Part shown: positions 12,200 through 26,413 of the stretch, piece by piece | Layout of the letters: every line of letters begins with the position of its first letter | Numbering within the stretch: position 1 is the first letter of the stretch | From: Glaucostegus cemiculus | Lineage: Eukaryota | Assembly: GCA_976551045.1 (NCBI GenBank) | Contig: CDPCPM010000049.1 | Span: 7,812,001 to 7,876,000 of the forward strand | Reading direction: 5' to 3' | DNA: 64,000 nucleotides | Notes under the pieces: model-generated | Told to the model about the DNA's origin: nothing | Seen by the model: only the letters and a program-made list of their open reading frames with translations | The model's database searches: none | Translations under genes and position numbers: made by a program

Positions 12200-13095
12200 C
12201 TTATGACTACAGAGAACCATAAATGTAACATGAATAAAGATCTCAAAGAAATTAGTATCAGTAAAATGTTAGTAATGGAGAGGTCAATGGCACTGAAAGG
12301 CAATAAGTAGCTGATGAACTACATCTAGAGTTTTGACAGAGGTGATAGTCAGTGTCCTGGAGGTTGACTTCAAGAGGGTACCATTGTAGCCCCACTCTTT
12401 GAGAAAGGAGGAAGAGAGAAAACAAGGGACTATAGATCAATTAGTTTAGCATCAGTTTAGTATGGAAAATGCTAGAATTGAAAGTTAAGGAAGGGGTAAC
12501 ATTGTACTTGGAAAATAATTGGTTAATGGCTTGAAAATAGAGTAGGAGTAAATGGGTCATTTTTGAGTTGGGAGGTTATGATGTGGGGTGTCACATATTG
12601 ATGATTTTGATGAGGAAATCAAATGTGATCTATCTAAATTTGCTGATGATACAAAGTTAGCTGATGGTGTGGTCTATTGAAGAGGATGAAAAGAAACACC
12701 AGAGGATATCGACAACTTACATGAATGGCCAGGACATGGCAGATGGAATACAATGTGGAAAACCAGAAAGTCATCCACTTCGGAGGAAAGGAGGAGGTTT
12801 TTTTTTAAGATGGTGGAGGATTGAAAGGAGTGGGTGTTCAGAGTAACTTGTCTTTGTACACAAACCTTTGAAAGTTAACAGGCAGGTACAGCAAGCAGTT
12901 AGGAAGGCAATCAGTGTAATGGCCTTGAATTCAACAGTCTTGCTCTAATTAGCTAGGATCCAGGTGAGCACAGTTCTGGACTCACTATCTGAGGGTTGAC
13001 AAAGTGCAGCTAAGGTTCATGAGATTGTTCCTTGAGATGATGGATTTGTCACATGAGAAGAGATTAAGTAAACTAGATCTATATCCCCTATTTCT
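12200..13095 (+). mobile_element. Decayed CR1 LINE ORF2 fragment with internal deletions
   Basis: Remnants of PLFEKGGREKTRDYRSISLAS and AAATTTGCTGATGATACAAAGTTAG (KFADDTKL, the CR1 RT catalytic motif) at ~12636-12660. Confidence 0.8.
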
Positions 13096-13439
13096 GGAAT
13101 TATTTTTAAACACATCCCTTCACTTGCTTGACCCAGGATGACCTCGATAAAATGAGGTTCTTGGTACACAGTCCCAGATGGAACTAAAGACAGTCTCTGA
13201 CTCAAGAACAGGAAACCCAGTTTATCTTTATCACTGCTTAATAACCACAGAGTCTAATAAAATACTGACCTGTTCAAATCAAAGATGCATTGAAGGGCAA
13301 AATTTGACTTATGAGGTAGCCAATAAGTCCATGGCAGAATTCACACCATAATGAAATCTTTCAAAGTGTATGTAAGGACACATTTTCTATAGCACCAGAA
13401 ACTTGAAGTTGCCTGTTTTGCAGCATAAATACAATAGTA

Positions 13440-13477
13440 CATACAAATACAAATATAAATGTAAATACAAATACAAC
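13440..13477. repeat. (AAATAC)n-like microsatellite
   Basis: atacaaatacaaatataaatgtaaatacaaatacaac. Confidence 0.7.
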
Positions 13478-14212
13478 TGTTTGCAGATAAGAAATGCAGA
13501 TCTGGCTCCTCTATTTGTTGAGCATGTGCATTCACCATTCAGCTCAGAAAGAAGCCTAATTCATTCCAGTTTTCTGCTGAGTAAACACATCTCAGTTGGA
13601 GTAATGATACAGATCCAATAACAGGCCTTCATACCGTTGAACTAAGGGCAAGGAAGATCACCAGGAGTTCCTGTTTCTAGTTGCTCACCAGAGCTCTGTT
13701 ACTGAATTCGTGTGTAGACAGTGGGTCTGGGCATGGCGTTGATGCCTTATATTGAAAAGCCTGTCTAGAATTGTATGTGAAGTACAACATTTTCAGTAAA
13801 GCCTTTGGAACCCTGTTCCAGCAGGAAGTGAGAATGCTGGAGAATATCATGAAATGTAACATGGAAGCTCCAACACACATTTCAAGAAGTTACTCTTAAA
13901 GGGATAATGTTTTGAATAAAAGATTATTTTAAGAGAATAATTTTTCATTTTTTTAGTTTTAAATTGCAACATCACATAAAGAAAGTCTCAATTGGAACAG
14001 AAAGCTAAATGAATGTTGAACCTGTTTTATAAATTCAAATCAATGGTAGCCTCTGTTAAAAGTTAGATGACAATCATTCCTACTCCTTTCTGATTGGCAC
14101 CAAGTTTGGGTAAAAGTATCTTACAAACCCTGTCTACAATTATTAATAGAGATTAAGGGCAATGGTATAAGCCAAATTGAATCAAGTTTTGCAGCAGTTT
14201 CTGTGTGACATC

Positions 14213-14265
14213 AAATTACCTGAAGAACCAGATACCATTTTGGTATCTGGTTTTTCAGGTAATTT
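14213..14265. other. 25-bp near-perfect hairpin upstream of a BICD1 acceptor
   Basis: AAATTACCTGAAGAACCAGATACCA-ttt-TGGTATCTGGTTTTTCAGGTAATTT; a single G:T pair. Confidence 0.9.
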
Positions 14266-14369
14266 CACTCTTCCCAAAGGAAGCTCATCAAATACATGGC
14301 CTCAGGAAGGCAGTAGCTCTGTAAATTGAATAAATCAGCTCATCTTTGTCTTTCTTATTTCCTTCTAAG

Positions 14370-14522
14370 AATAATGAAATGTTGGAGCTACAGCGTATAC
14401 GAATGAAAGATGAGATCCGAGAGTACAAGTTTCGTGAGACACGACTCCTGCAGGACTACACTGAGTTAGAAGAGGAGAACATCACTCTACAAAAGCTTGT
14501 CTCAACCCTCAAGCAAAATCAG
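14370..14522 (+). CDS. BICD1: BICD1 internal coding exon (probable exon 3 equivalent), 153 bp, phase 0/0, N-terminal coiled coil
   Basis: Polypyrimidine tract then ...ttctaAG|AATAATGAAATG; encodes [51 protein letters not shown]; donor CAG|[21 protein letters not shown] matches BICD1 rather than BICD2 (recall). Confidence 0.95.
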
Positions 14523-17500
14523 GTATGTGCTGCTGGTGGAGATTCATTTGATGCAGCCAACAACCTATATAATAAAAATTAAAATTCCAATATAATTGTT
14601 AAACTTGAAACAGCTGCACTTCAGTTCCTCTTGTGAACTTCTCTGATTTTCTTTTGCATGTGTTGGTCAAGACTTATCTATGGTTCATCTAATTAACTTT
14701 TAGCCTGCTCATTGTGTAAATTACTACTTATTGCAGAGTCAGCAGGTTAAAGGTACACAGCACTTACAAAGACGTTGCATGGATCCCAGTGGTATAGAAT
14801 CTATTGAACTAGAGGTACTATTTATTAAGGACTGCAATTTGTTAATCCTTAAAGCGTTATGCACAGCATTTGTTCTGTGCATTCAACAGGATAAGGGTTT
14901 AATAAACAAGAATAATCCAAATATAAAAGTATAAAATTGTACAGATTTTTACAAGATGATCTATTCACTTTGAGCTATAAATAACTATACAGCTTCAACA
15001 TTGAATCATATATCCAGCCATACGCTTCAGGTTATGCATTTCTATAGATGGGTCAGGGAAAACAAATATTGCTGATTCCTTCAGTCATTTTGTATTTATT
15101 TAGTATGTATGCTTCTAGTTCATTCTTCTGATATGTGATTTGTGGTTGAATAGATGCCAAGTTTCTGGACAAAATTAAACAGAGTCGAACTCATTAAAAA
15201 CATACCTGATGCTAACAAAACTGGAGGAATATCTGAAAAAGGGGCTTTAATGACATTAGTTCCTTGTTAAATCAAGTATCCAATGCATAAATTCCTAAGT
15301 TGGGTACATTTTTTAAATGAAGGTAAACAAAATATTAATTTTCATCACTGCATGGTTAAGTATTGAATACCTGTTCCGAAAAAGTAAATTTGGTTATGAG
15401 GAATTCTCAATTTACTGCACAACCTACCTAAAATAAAAATTTGTTCTAAAAAAATTTTCCACAATAAGGGAGGAGGCATATTTGGTGGTATGGATTAAAT
15501 ACACCATGAAGGTCAGCAGACACAATTATGTACAGCATTCCAAAGTGGGTTTTAGAAACTGTCCGAAGGATATCCTGATAATGGTGCTATGCTTTTGATC
15601 CAACAATAATCTCAGGGCAGTTCAATGCAAATAAAGCATGACCAATATTCAGTTTTATATAGCAGTAAGGTGGGGGGAAATTCATATACCAAAAGAAACT
15701 ACACTGAGTTGGATGTCTTATGCAAGATTTTGATTTGCAACAGTTATGGTCAGCGATTTGTCCTCATATTTGAAAAACAGAAAAAACTCTGTTAACTAAT
15801 GCTGATCAAAGGCTGGGCAATTGCAAAACAAGGATTAATAAATAGGCTCGTGAATGATGCCTTCTGCAGTATTATCAACTTAACCCTTACCCTGCTGAAT
15901 GAACAGAATTTTTTCGCACAAATGGCACCTTAAAAGACAAGGATATAAAATATTGACATTCGCAAACACTAAAGTGTCAATAATGGTTTCCGCTAGAAAT
16001 CTAGACACCTCAGGTAGTTTGATGCTTGTGTGACAAAATGTTAACCTCATGTGGAAACCACAAATTTTAAATCAGCCTTAATAGCCTGTCACTTTAAAAG
16101 GCAATTAAGGTACCTTGGCCCACCCAGAATTTTACCCCAACAGTGGCAGAGGAAGAGGGGGCAAACCTGATAGTGACCAGTTTACCCTTCTCTTCTCCAC
16201 AAGTCCAGCCACCAATTACTTGGCTCCACTGCCGGGATACAGTAATGACGTTCGTTTCGCTTCTACCTCTGGGCTAGAAGGGGATGCCCTGCTATAGGCA
16301 GTCTGCAAGGGAAGAAAAATGGGAGAGCAATAGAATAATTTTTCAAATGAAATAAAAACTAAAGGAACTAAAAATTAGGTCAAAAAGGCTTTTTTGTAGA
16401 AACGTGTTTTGGAACTTTTTAGAAATTCTTGCTCCCATTGCCACTGCCTTCCCACTTTTAAAGTAATTGCAGTGATGGCTGAATGAGTTTTGTCGTGTGA
16501 ATGGGCAATAAACAAACGAGTATGGTGAGTTAAGCAGTGTTTGAGTGGATGATAATTGCAGTTCGGCTTTGGAAGGTGGGACACGAAACTGGCAGTGTCA
16601 ATAGGATAATGGGGTTCAAAGTCAGCCTTGTCTATAATTAATGCAACAGTGAACAACTTGCATGCCCTGGATTTTGCAGTCAGCAGTGAAGCAACAGCAT
16701 TTGCTGGTCATAAGGTTCTTCTGAACAGCATCTTGCTATCATTGGGCTTCTGATTCATTGTGGCAGTCACACAGGATATCCATGGCTTGAATGAGTAGGC
16801 CCCAACTATCTGAATGAACGATCCACACTGGGACTTGCAGGAAATTTAATTTGAAAGTGAAAATAAGGAGACAAAGGGAGGTGGTATAAGGGAAAAGAAA
16901 ATGAAACTTTTTTAGCCTCCAAAATTAATCAAAATCTTAATTTTTTGGTGCTACTGATGTTGTTAGTCAATAAAAAAGCACTTAATCCTGAATATATTGG
17001 CTCTTAACTTTCTCTGGCATAAATTGAGGGTATCTAGTGGCTAAATATTGCAAATTCTTGTCTGAACATGAATTTAGTTTCTGAATTTTTGATTGGGTAC
17101 TAATACAATTTATGGAGGAGCAGGGTAACATCTGGGTCTCTGAATTTAGCCTCATTAATCAGAGTCTGGGAGGAGCTGTCTGATGTATTCCATTATAACA
17201 GTGATTGCTGTTAACTTCACTCCCATTCATAATGCAAAATCTTGGGCTACATCTTTTCCAAAGGAGCTGCCCATACCTGGAATGTAACGCCTTGTATATC
17301 CGGATGCAAATTGAATTGTAGCATATGTGCAATTGGTTAAAAATCAAAGATCAGGATGAACTATTTTCAGAAGTCCCTTTTCTGTAATTTATCCATTTTT
17401 AAGGGACAGTGAATATGTGGGTAGTGAAGAGCCAAACAATATGTAGGTAGTATTTTTCTCCAAATATGATGCATTCTAAAGCTGCTGCCTTTTAAAGAGT

Positions 17501-18218
17501 CTTAAAATGCTGACTACTGATTCTCCAGTTCCTTGTTCCGGATTTTATAATTTAGTGAAAGATTAATTGAGGTGCTGTAGTAATCCTTACTATAATAGCT
17601 AATATGTTGCTCTTAATGTTCTTCATAGCTGTCAAAAGGATTGCAAACTCCTGTTCCATTACATGGCTTTTTGCCTTCAGCTTTGCCACCCCGTGTTAGT
17701 AACTCAATATGCCAGTTATTCAATGATGGCAGCTACAGCACCCACAATCCTCCCTTCTCTAGGACTCCACTCTCTCGGATGCATTCACACACTACAACCT
17801 CTTGAGCAGTATCTCTTCCCAGAAGTCACCCCAATTGGTAAGCTTGGCTTTCTGTCAGGTGGGAATCATTCTGAAGGAAGAAACAGGATAAGGTAACTCT
17901 GATCCCTGATCCCAGTTTGGGTTGGGGTTGGGAGAGGGGTGGTTGGTGGTCTGTAGTGGGGGTCAGTGGTCTGTTAGAGGGCCCATCAGGACACTCTCCT
18001 ACTGTTCATGGTTCATTAGCAGGGTGGATAGTCACTTATTTTCTCCCCAAAGCTATTCTCGCTTCCCAATGATGGGTTTTCCAAAGCTTGAAACATATAA
18101 TCATCTATGTTAAAATGTGCAGTGTTAAAAGCTTATAGCCACATTAGTATTCTTAACAATTCAACCTACTCCAGAGAGTGTATTGGCTACCTTTCCCCTT
18201 TTTCACATTTGTCAAGTA

Positions 18219-18500
18219 CAGTAAAATTCCAATAATCCACTATCCAACTATTTGTAAATCTCATTGGTTTGGCATCTGTTTCAGCAAGTTCTATTTTTCT
18301 GCATTCCCTTTCTACTGACTGGAGCCCCGGTTCCCACACTCCCTTTATACTTGCCCAGTTCATTGGATGGTGCCTAACATCGAAAAAAAAGTGAATTAAA
18401 AGCCTATGGGTATTAATAGAAATAGCATCTGATTGTCCTGAAAGTCTGCCAGTCTGGCACCAGTGAAGTCCCAAACTGCTGGATTATTGGAATTTTACTG
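18219..18500. mobile_element. Non-autonomous Tc1/mariner (pogo/Tigger-like) MITE, 282 bp
   Basis: Perfect 21-bp TIRs CAGTAAAATTCCAATAATCCA (18219-18239) and TGGATTATTGGAATTTTACTG (18480-18500), flanked by TA at 18217-18218 and 18501-18502. Confidence 0.9.
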
Positions 18501-21099
18501 TAATCAGCCAGTTGGAATAGACTTTTTGACATGCTTATTTTATCCCCCTTCACACCTAAACAAACACGCTTACATGTTAAAACTCCCTTCTGATATCTAT
18601 AGTAACCTCTCTCATGGTTTGTTCCAGTGTGAATTGGGAATATCAAATCAAACTCAGTGTGAATAATTATTAATTCTTCCTAGTTTGAAATCATACTGAA
18701 ATACAGAGGGGAGCCACATCAGGACATTGGATGTAGGAAAACTGAGGAGAGAGTAAACACTAAACATCCCCAAAAGATTTTTAAAAATGTTTTAAAAGAG
18801 CATCAGAGGATCAGCAGACAGCCTTCCCACTGCCCAGTTTTCATTTCCATTAACGTCAATCAGGTAAAATAAACTCCCAATTCACTATTGTTCACTTTGA
18901 ATCATTGCCAAAGACTATTTGCACCCTCGAGTCTCAATGTCAGATTTCAAGGTCAAATATTCTTTTTTTCATTATAAATTTCTTGCACTTGATATACAAC
19001 ATATTGTTCTGATCTCAGCCTGACTTTCAGGCAGTGACAAGCACTAATTGCAAACATTTTCCAAGTGGCAGGAATAAAATGCCAATTGAGTCAATAAGGG
19101 TGATCTTGCCATGATTCTAACGCCCAGTGATGGGAAGAGTTCTGGCTGGGATGGTCAATAGTTCGGGTTGGTCAATAGAAAAGAAAAATGTTGCCTATAT
19201 GTTATTTTGGTTAACAATGGTAGAAAGCATTGGAGAAAGATGAATAGGTGAAGGAACAAACCTCAAATGGGGGCAGGAACCATAAAAGTCAAGGAAAGGA
19301 TTTTTTTTGTAAAGCAAAAGTTGTTATTTTGTTTTACCAGGAGCTTTGATATTATGCACTGCATTCTTCATTGTCAACCATCTATTAATAGTGAACTTCA
19401 AGTAATTTTGCAAAGTGAATGGTGATAGAATTCGGAGGGAGACCTTGGATCAGTGGACATTTTGTTGAGTTATTTTAATACCACCTGTGAATACACGTGT
19501 GCAAGCCCTACCTGTTACGTACCTAAACATATGCAATTAATCAATTGACATGAAACTAATTCCACAGATTTCTTTAATTCATCACACTGAAACTGATGGA
19601 TAAATTGGAGAAATCATTATACTCCCACCTTACATCTAACTTGCTTTCTCAGAATATTGATTTAATTCTAGGGCATGATTCAGACCAGAATCTAATCTCT
19701 CACAACTTTATTCAGTTCATGTGGATGGTTAATTAACACTTTGTACATTTAAGCAGTTGTGTTAGTCATTCATTTTAAATAACTACTTAACCTTTAGCCC
19801 TGAGCAGAGTCTATGATCTTGGTGACCCTGGTTGTTATTGTTTCCCAACAAAGTAGACTGAGTGATGGAGAAGTCTTTGGCCAAAAAAACAATCTTAATG
19901 TTTTATGTATTGTGAACTGAAACCACTGATGATCATAAATTGTGTGCGGAGAGATTACCATTTCTGTGAGATGTCCTGTCACCCTCTTTAAATGTGTTTT
20001 TTATGGTCTTGTTACCATTTTTTGTATTGTGTATGAAATGTGCATCTTCTCTTTTGTAAGTTCCTAATTACATCTCTTCTGATGCAGGTCATTGCACTCT
20101 ATCTCTCCGTGGGAAAAAGTGTGAGTGATATCACTAGAGCAGAAGGCTGTTAGATTATGCACTGTGCTTCTCTTATGCTGCTATGGGAGGGGCTTGCCCT
20201 TCACTTCAGGCTGATGGATGATGATTATTTGTAGGATTTAGTTTGATGGAAGGACATAAGTAGATCCAGAAGTGGAACATTCACCAAAAGGTCACAAGCT
20301 GCAGTGACCTCTCCAAAATATTGAAATTTGGTCTGCAATATTTTTTAAACATCCAATGGAAGGTTACAATTTTATTTGTAAATTCTGTAAATTCTAAATT
20401 CTATTAACCTTTTACAGGGGTTTTCCTGCATGCACTCAGGGAATTGGGGGAAATTTTATCTGTGATGCTGTAAGAAACACTATTTCAACAGCCACCTGCA
20501 AAACATTTCTCTTGAATTGCTTCACTGTTGACTTCAGTGGAAATGAAAACCAGGCAATGTATTTAAGTGGTAGCCCAGCCAATATTCTGCATTTTACCCA
20601 CTGTCTTGAATCAAAACAATCTCAAATTTTTTAGAGGTTTAGAGAACTAATTTCCCCTCTTAAGGCAGCTCTGCCTTCAACCTTTCACCAGCTAAGGGAA
20701 TAGACAGATTGCTTGTTCCTAGGTAGTTGCAACAATAATTGTATTAGAATAGCATGGATTAACCTACCCACTGATTTCCCCATGCTGCCTTTTTTGAGCA
20801 TTTCTGCTTATCAACAAAATTTTGTGTACAAGATAATCTCACTACTCAATGGCACAGCTCAATGAAGTATGTGCATGCCTCTCAGAAGGAACTGCTTAAC
20901 ATTTGGTGTGATGCAATAATGCAAGTGATTTGCACCATCACTTTTGTTCCCAGTAACAGCATAGTAATACAGCAAGTAATTAACCCAATAGGAAAATAAA
21001 GCTGTAAATAAGTGAATGTATATAATTTGCTTTTGATACAATGATTTAAAAATATTTGTCACCTTTTTTTAAAATGCTTGGGGAATGAAGAGTGAAATA

Positions 21100-22555
21100 A
21101 GTGCAGAATGTGTCCCATACGTTCTGCTGAGACCCCAATAATAATTTTCCAAACTTCTCTCAGTTTGGGAAATGTTCCAGTGGATTGGGAAACTGTATGT
21201 ATCACTCTGCTATTTAAGAAGGCAAAAGAAGGAAACCAGGGAATAATAGACTAGTTATCCCAGTAATTTATTGTGAAATTACTAGGGTCAATAATTATGG
21301 ATGCAGATTAAACACATGAACATTTCAATCTGATCATTGAACAGGGATGAATTTCTAAAGCTTGGGTCATGCTCAATAAACTTGAAATTTTTCAAGAGTT
21401 GATTAAAGTAGTAAATAGGAAACTATCTTATGGTTGTTATTTATTCAGATTACCATAAGGCATTTGATGAAACCCTCAAAACACACTGTTAGCAAAAGTT
21501 GGTCATAATATTGAAGGAAAATTATTGAGCTGGATGGGAAATTTTATGACAGGGTATGATAGGTAACTAAATTGACAGCAGGTGGTGTTCTGCAAAAATC
21601 TGTGTTGAAGCTTCAACTATACACCCCATTCCTAAACAGCATAGACAGTTAACCAAAACTAACAATGACATAAATGGGGGCCAATGGAAGATGTCATCAA
21701 ATTAGAGATATTAATTGATTGAGCAACACACAGAGCTGTGGAAGGCAAATGTGAAGTCATTCATTTTAGACCAAAAAAATTACATAGAGTGTTTTCTAAA
21801 GGATGAAAAGCTGGATCACCAGGAATTCCACATTCTAAAGATGTGCAGTTTGGTAGGTTAATTGGCAATGGTAAATTGCTCCACGTGTGTGGGTGAGTGG
21901 TAGAATATGGGGGAATTCATAATTAGGATTGGTATAAGTAGGTGCTTGATGGTTAACACAAACTCAGTGGGTTGAAGCGCCTGTCTCTGTGCTGTTTTAC
22001 TTTATGATGATGACTCGATGTGTATGGCCATTAAAATGCCAGAGGCAATTGGAGAAATTAATCAACAAAGATGGCAACACGCTGGTCTTTATATCTCTGG
22101 ACCAGAATACATTTGGGTATAAGTCATGTATTAGACATTAAAAGTCATGGTTAGTACACAACAGATGTACTATCAGTAGTTCTGGGCACCACATATTATC
22201 AAGGATACACAAGCCTTGGAGGGAGGCAAACTTAGATTTACCACAGTTTTCAAGATATTAAGGGAAACCAATGGGTGGACATAGAAGAATTCTCTCTGCT
22301 GGTTTGGGAGTTTAAGACTGGTATCTAGTCTTAGAGTCAGATCTTTTAGAAGTGAAATTAGGAAAAACTTGACTTACACATGGTGATAGAAATTTGGAAC
22401 TTCTTTCTGCAAAGTTAATCCTAAGTTAGCTGGCAGTATTAAATGTGTTCAACAAACATAATGCAAATTTGTGGGCTGAGGTATCAGATCAGCCATTACC
22501 CTTTTGAATGGCAGCATGGGTTTGAAAGACTAAATAGCTCCTTTCATTCTTGTAT
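21100..22555 (+). mobile_element. Decayed CR1 LINE ORF2/3' end with a nested SINE fragment
   Basis: Remnants of VPVDW...LFKK...PGNNRLV, KAFDE and FRSEIRK, ending in a CR1 3' tail (GATCAGCCAT...GAATGGCAGCA...CTCCT). Confidence 0.7.
21820..22010 (+). mobile_element. 5'-truncated HE1/V-SINE-like element nested in CR1
   Basis: CCACATTCTAAAGATGTGCAGTTTGGTAGGTTAATTGGC...AAATTG...GCCTGTCTCTGTGCTGT matches the 3' two-thirds of 42970-43343. Confidence 0.7.
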
Positions 22556-25500
22556 TGCCACATGTAGGCATCATTAGAAAATTAATCTTCCTCAGTGTGG
22601 TTGTAAATATAGCAAAGTGCAGGACTAAAATGCTTGATTATAGTTGAGCTGGTCTAGAAAACTCAAAACAGGAACTATTAGTGCAATTCTTTTCTTAAAA
22701 GAATACCTCTCAACTACCCACTCAGTCTTAATGATAATATGTATATCACTATAAAAGCAGCATAGACCAGATATAACAGGATTTGCTTTTCTTTGTCCCT
22801 GCTTTCCCACCTCACCATTCATTACTTGACAAAGTTTATCCATTGGAAATGTTTTATTTGACAGCAATATTTATGATGTCACAAACATGGCATAATGTGA
22901 CCACACAATATGTCTCATGTTCCTCTTTCCTTGGAGCCAAACATAGAACTTTGACACACAAACATTTAGATACTTAATATTTGCAAACATTTATATAATT
23001 CTTATTTAATATGGATGTGAAATTCAGTTGTTCTGGTGATTGTTCAGAACGTCACATCACTAACACAGCTTTGCTAGTTTACATACACTGCTGGATTCTA
23101 AAGTCTTGCTGCCCCTTGCATTGAGCTGACAGTTTGTGACTTCACCTTCTCCTGCCAATATTCCTACTTCCTTGGATGAGTGTCCCTCCTTCCCTTTTCC
23201 TTCCAGCATTCTTCCTTCTCTTTTGCCCCCTTTGGTGGTGAATAGGAAGGGAAATCATTGACAGAAAATGTACTCCATTATTAAAAGGTTGCTGCCATAC
23301 TACAGATTTTATAAAGTGTGTTCCACTGAGGATTGCTCTGCTTCATTTCTGGTAAATGTACTTGCAAAGAAAATAATTTTAAAAAAATGCAAATTTTGCT
23401 CTAAAGGTCAATGTATTTAGGGTCACTCCCATTTTTCTCACCCTTGGAAAAATAATGAGCTTTCTCTTAAGAATTGAAAGAGATTCGGGTCCACGTAAGC
23501 ACAGAGCAGATGTTGGAAAAAGTTGAGAATGCTGCAGACCTCTCTGCAGCAGGACTCCCCTGAGGTAACCCTAACTGTCAATTAATCTGCTAATCATCTG
23601 CTTTAGTTGTCTTTTGAGTATTGCACCGTAAAGATAACTAATCTTTTTCCTCGGGGGTAAAAGAAAACTTCATGATTTTTGAATGTCATTCATGCAATCA
23701 TTTCTCAAATTATGTTTTCTTTTAAATTAATGAATGAATATTTTTGTTTACTGGCTGATTATGTTCATGTGCATAGAAGCAGCTGCTTATCAGATGTCTG
23801 AAAATGATTATTTACTGTGACCACTGAGCAGGCTTCATAATTTTGTGTTTTGCATGATTATTTTAGGTGAGTTAACTTTAAGCCAAGAGGTACAGCTGGT
23901 GAGATTGTAAGTACAACACAATAGGACGGTCAATGTCCTTCAGGCAGAGTGTCGGCAGTGCACACAACCTGGTTCCCAGCTTGTAGTCCAATGGTGCTCA
24001 GTGGACATGCCAAATTATTATTTTCATTAACTTTTCTCAAAAAGTAAAAATAAAATGCCAGATGACAACAAGCTAACATGTTTTTTTTAAAAAAAAGTAC
24101 CCTGTTGATTGAACATTACACACACTATGGAGAATAAAAAAAATTTGAAGAATTTTTCAGCAAGAACAATTCACCAAAATGAATGCATTGAGCTACTTTT
24201 GAATGTTTTTTTTTCTACCTTCCTACCATAGTCTTAATTCCTTCTGTCCTAAGACACTGACCTGGGAATTTGCCTTCTGAAACAGGAGTTGAAAATGCAG
24301 CAAGTATAAAGCTGGGCTGTTAGCATCAAAAAAAAGGGAAATGATCACTTCTGTTATGAACAAGAAATTGAATCATGAAAAACAGTTCTCTGGTCAGAAG
24401 TCTTTTTGGTCTATACACACAGGTTTTCTAGCATAGTCTCATTATCAAAATTGCAATGGACAAGGGTATGAAAGGATCAGGTACTCTTTAAAATAACCAA
24501 AGTATCTGGTTTGTCGAATTTGTATTCACAACATTAAAGGAACATATTGCAATTGGTGCAACTTTATCTAACAGTACACCAAATTCATTAAATACCTTAA
24601 AGATTCCTAAGTGGCCAACATAACATTTTATTAAAATTTGGAAATGTCGTTGACTATTACTCAGTGAATTGAATATAGGTGGCACAGCAGTTGTTTGAAC
24701 AAGAAATTTTATGGGCAAATGTAATTTGTTAGATGATTATTTAGTTTTGAAAGGAAGCAGAGATGTACCTTTATTATGCTGGGTGGAATGAGTCATGATG
24801 ACTAGGAAGGTGCAGTTAATACATCGATGATATTTTTGAAACCTTTTTCTAAAGATTCTACAGCAGTAGCTAATGGCAATGGTAAGAAAGAATTGGAGGC
24901 AAGGGTCAGACATGGGATAATTGGTTTCAAACATCAAACAAGGCTCAGTCTTCAGGCAAAGGGACAGAGAGGGAGAGACAGATTGTATCTTTTCAGTGAA
25001 CATTGGGAGAAGCAAACTCACTAAGTACGAAGATGATATCAACGTTTGGAAACGTAATTTAAGGATTAATTGCAGTAAATCCACATAACCATATGCTCAT
25101 TGCAACCTATTTTGGGGAAAAAAGTATTAGACCAATTAGGTTGCATTTTGGAAAGCAACAAAGAACAAAAAGGTGCAAAGTGTAAATCAGTGGTGAGGTG
25201 CCATCTTTCATCTGCATCAGGATAATGTTTGATAATCCATTCCCTTTCTGAACTTGGGTTGTCTTCTACACAGCTGTCCTCCAAGAAAGTAAAACCCAAT
25301 GGCAGCATTGTCAGTATTAATGATCCTCCAAGCATAACACCTTTACTGATTTCTACCTTTACTGTTACAACCATTCACCAAATGTAGTTGGGATATTCCA
25401 TGTTATTTCAGTCATGCACTAACAATGGAGTTACTGCAGAAGGGACTTTCTGGGCCTCTTGAAAATCAATGATCATTGTGAGTACCATGTTCTTGCATAT

Positions 25501-25975
25501 TATATACTGGGACAAAGATTAGTGGAGGGAAATTCCAGCAATTTCATTGGTTCCAGCACTGCTTCCAATGCCACTAACAAAATATTAAACTGCATGCACA
25601 TCTTTGCACAGAAGGACTAAAGCTCCAGGAACCAAACTCAGCACCTGCCTGTGGTGTACCAGACCAGTCTAACAAGTGATCATCCAGCTGATGAGCTCAC
25701 CAGCACTTTGACAGTTGGGTGCACATTTAACCCGTTAAGCTGATGATCTTGGTTTGGGAGCCAGCTTAGTCTCTGCCTGTCTGGTGACACATCCAGCTAT
25801 TAGGCATAATGTCTTGTGTGTTGTGGAAGCCTAAGCAGTTTCACCAACATCAAGTCAAAACGTGAGTGCCTTCTAAGCATCTAAAGGATGAATTGCTCCT
25901 TAAGACTTGTGTGGATTAATGGATAAATTAGATGACAATTGCAAAAGGCTAAATGTTTGTATTCTGTCTAATCAG

Positions 25976-26413
25976 GTAGAATATGAAGGGCTCAAACATG
26001 AGATTAAACGTCTGGAAGAGGAGACAGTGCTGCTCAATAGTCAGCTGGAAGATGCCATACGGTTAAAGGAGATTGCTGAACACCAGTTGGAAGAAGCACT
26101 GGAGACATTAAAGAATGAACGTGAACAGAAGAACAATTTGCGCAAGGAACTCTCACAGTATATAAACATGAGTGACAGCATGTACAACAACCACATAAGC
26201 ATTGCTGTTGACGGACTAAAATTTTCAGAGGATGGCAATGAACCTAACAATGATGATAAAGTAAATGGACACATACATGGCTCATTGGTAAAACTCAATG
26301 GTGATTACCGAACATCAACAACCAGAAAAACTGACAGCCCAGCTCTGGTCTCTGATCTGTTCAGTGAGCTCAACATTTCAGAAATGCAAAAACTTAAACA
26401 ACAGCTTATACAG
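25976..26413 (+). CDS. BICD1: BICD1 internal coding exon (probable exon 4 equivalent), 438 bp, phase 0/0
   Basis: Acceptor ...ctaatcAG|GTAGAATAT; encodes [62 protein letters not shown]...[22 protein letters not shown]; donor CAG|GTATTC; in frame with both neighbours. Confidence 0.95.

Noticed and set aside
25685-25712. CAGCTGATGAGCTC resembling the start of amniote intronic hammerhead ribozymes
   Set aside because: No GAAA after the putative stem II and no stem III or cleavage triplet.
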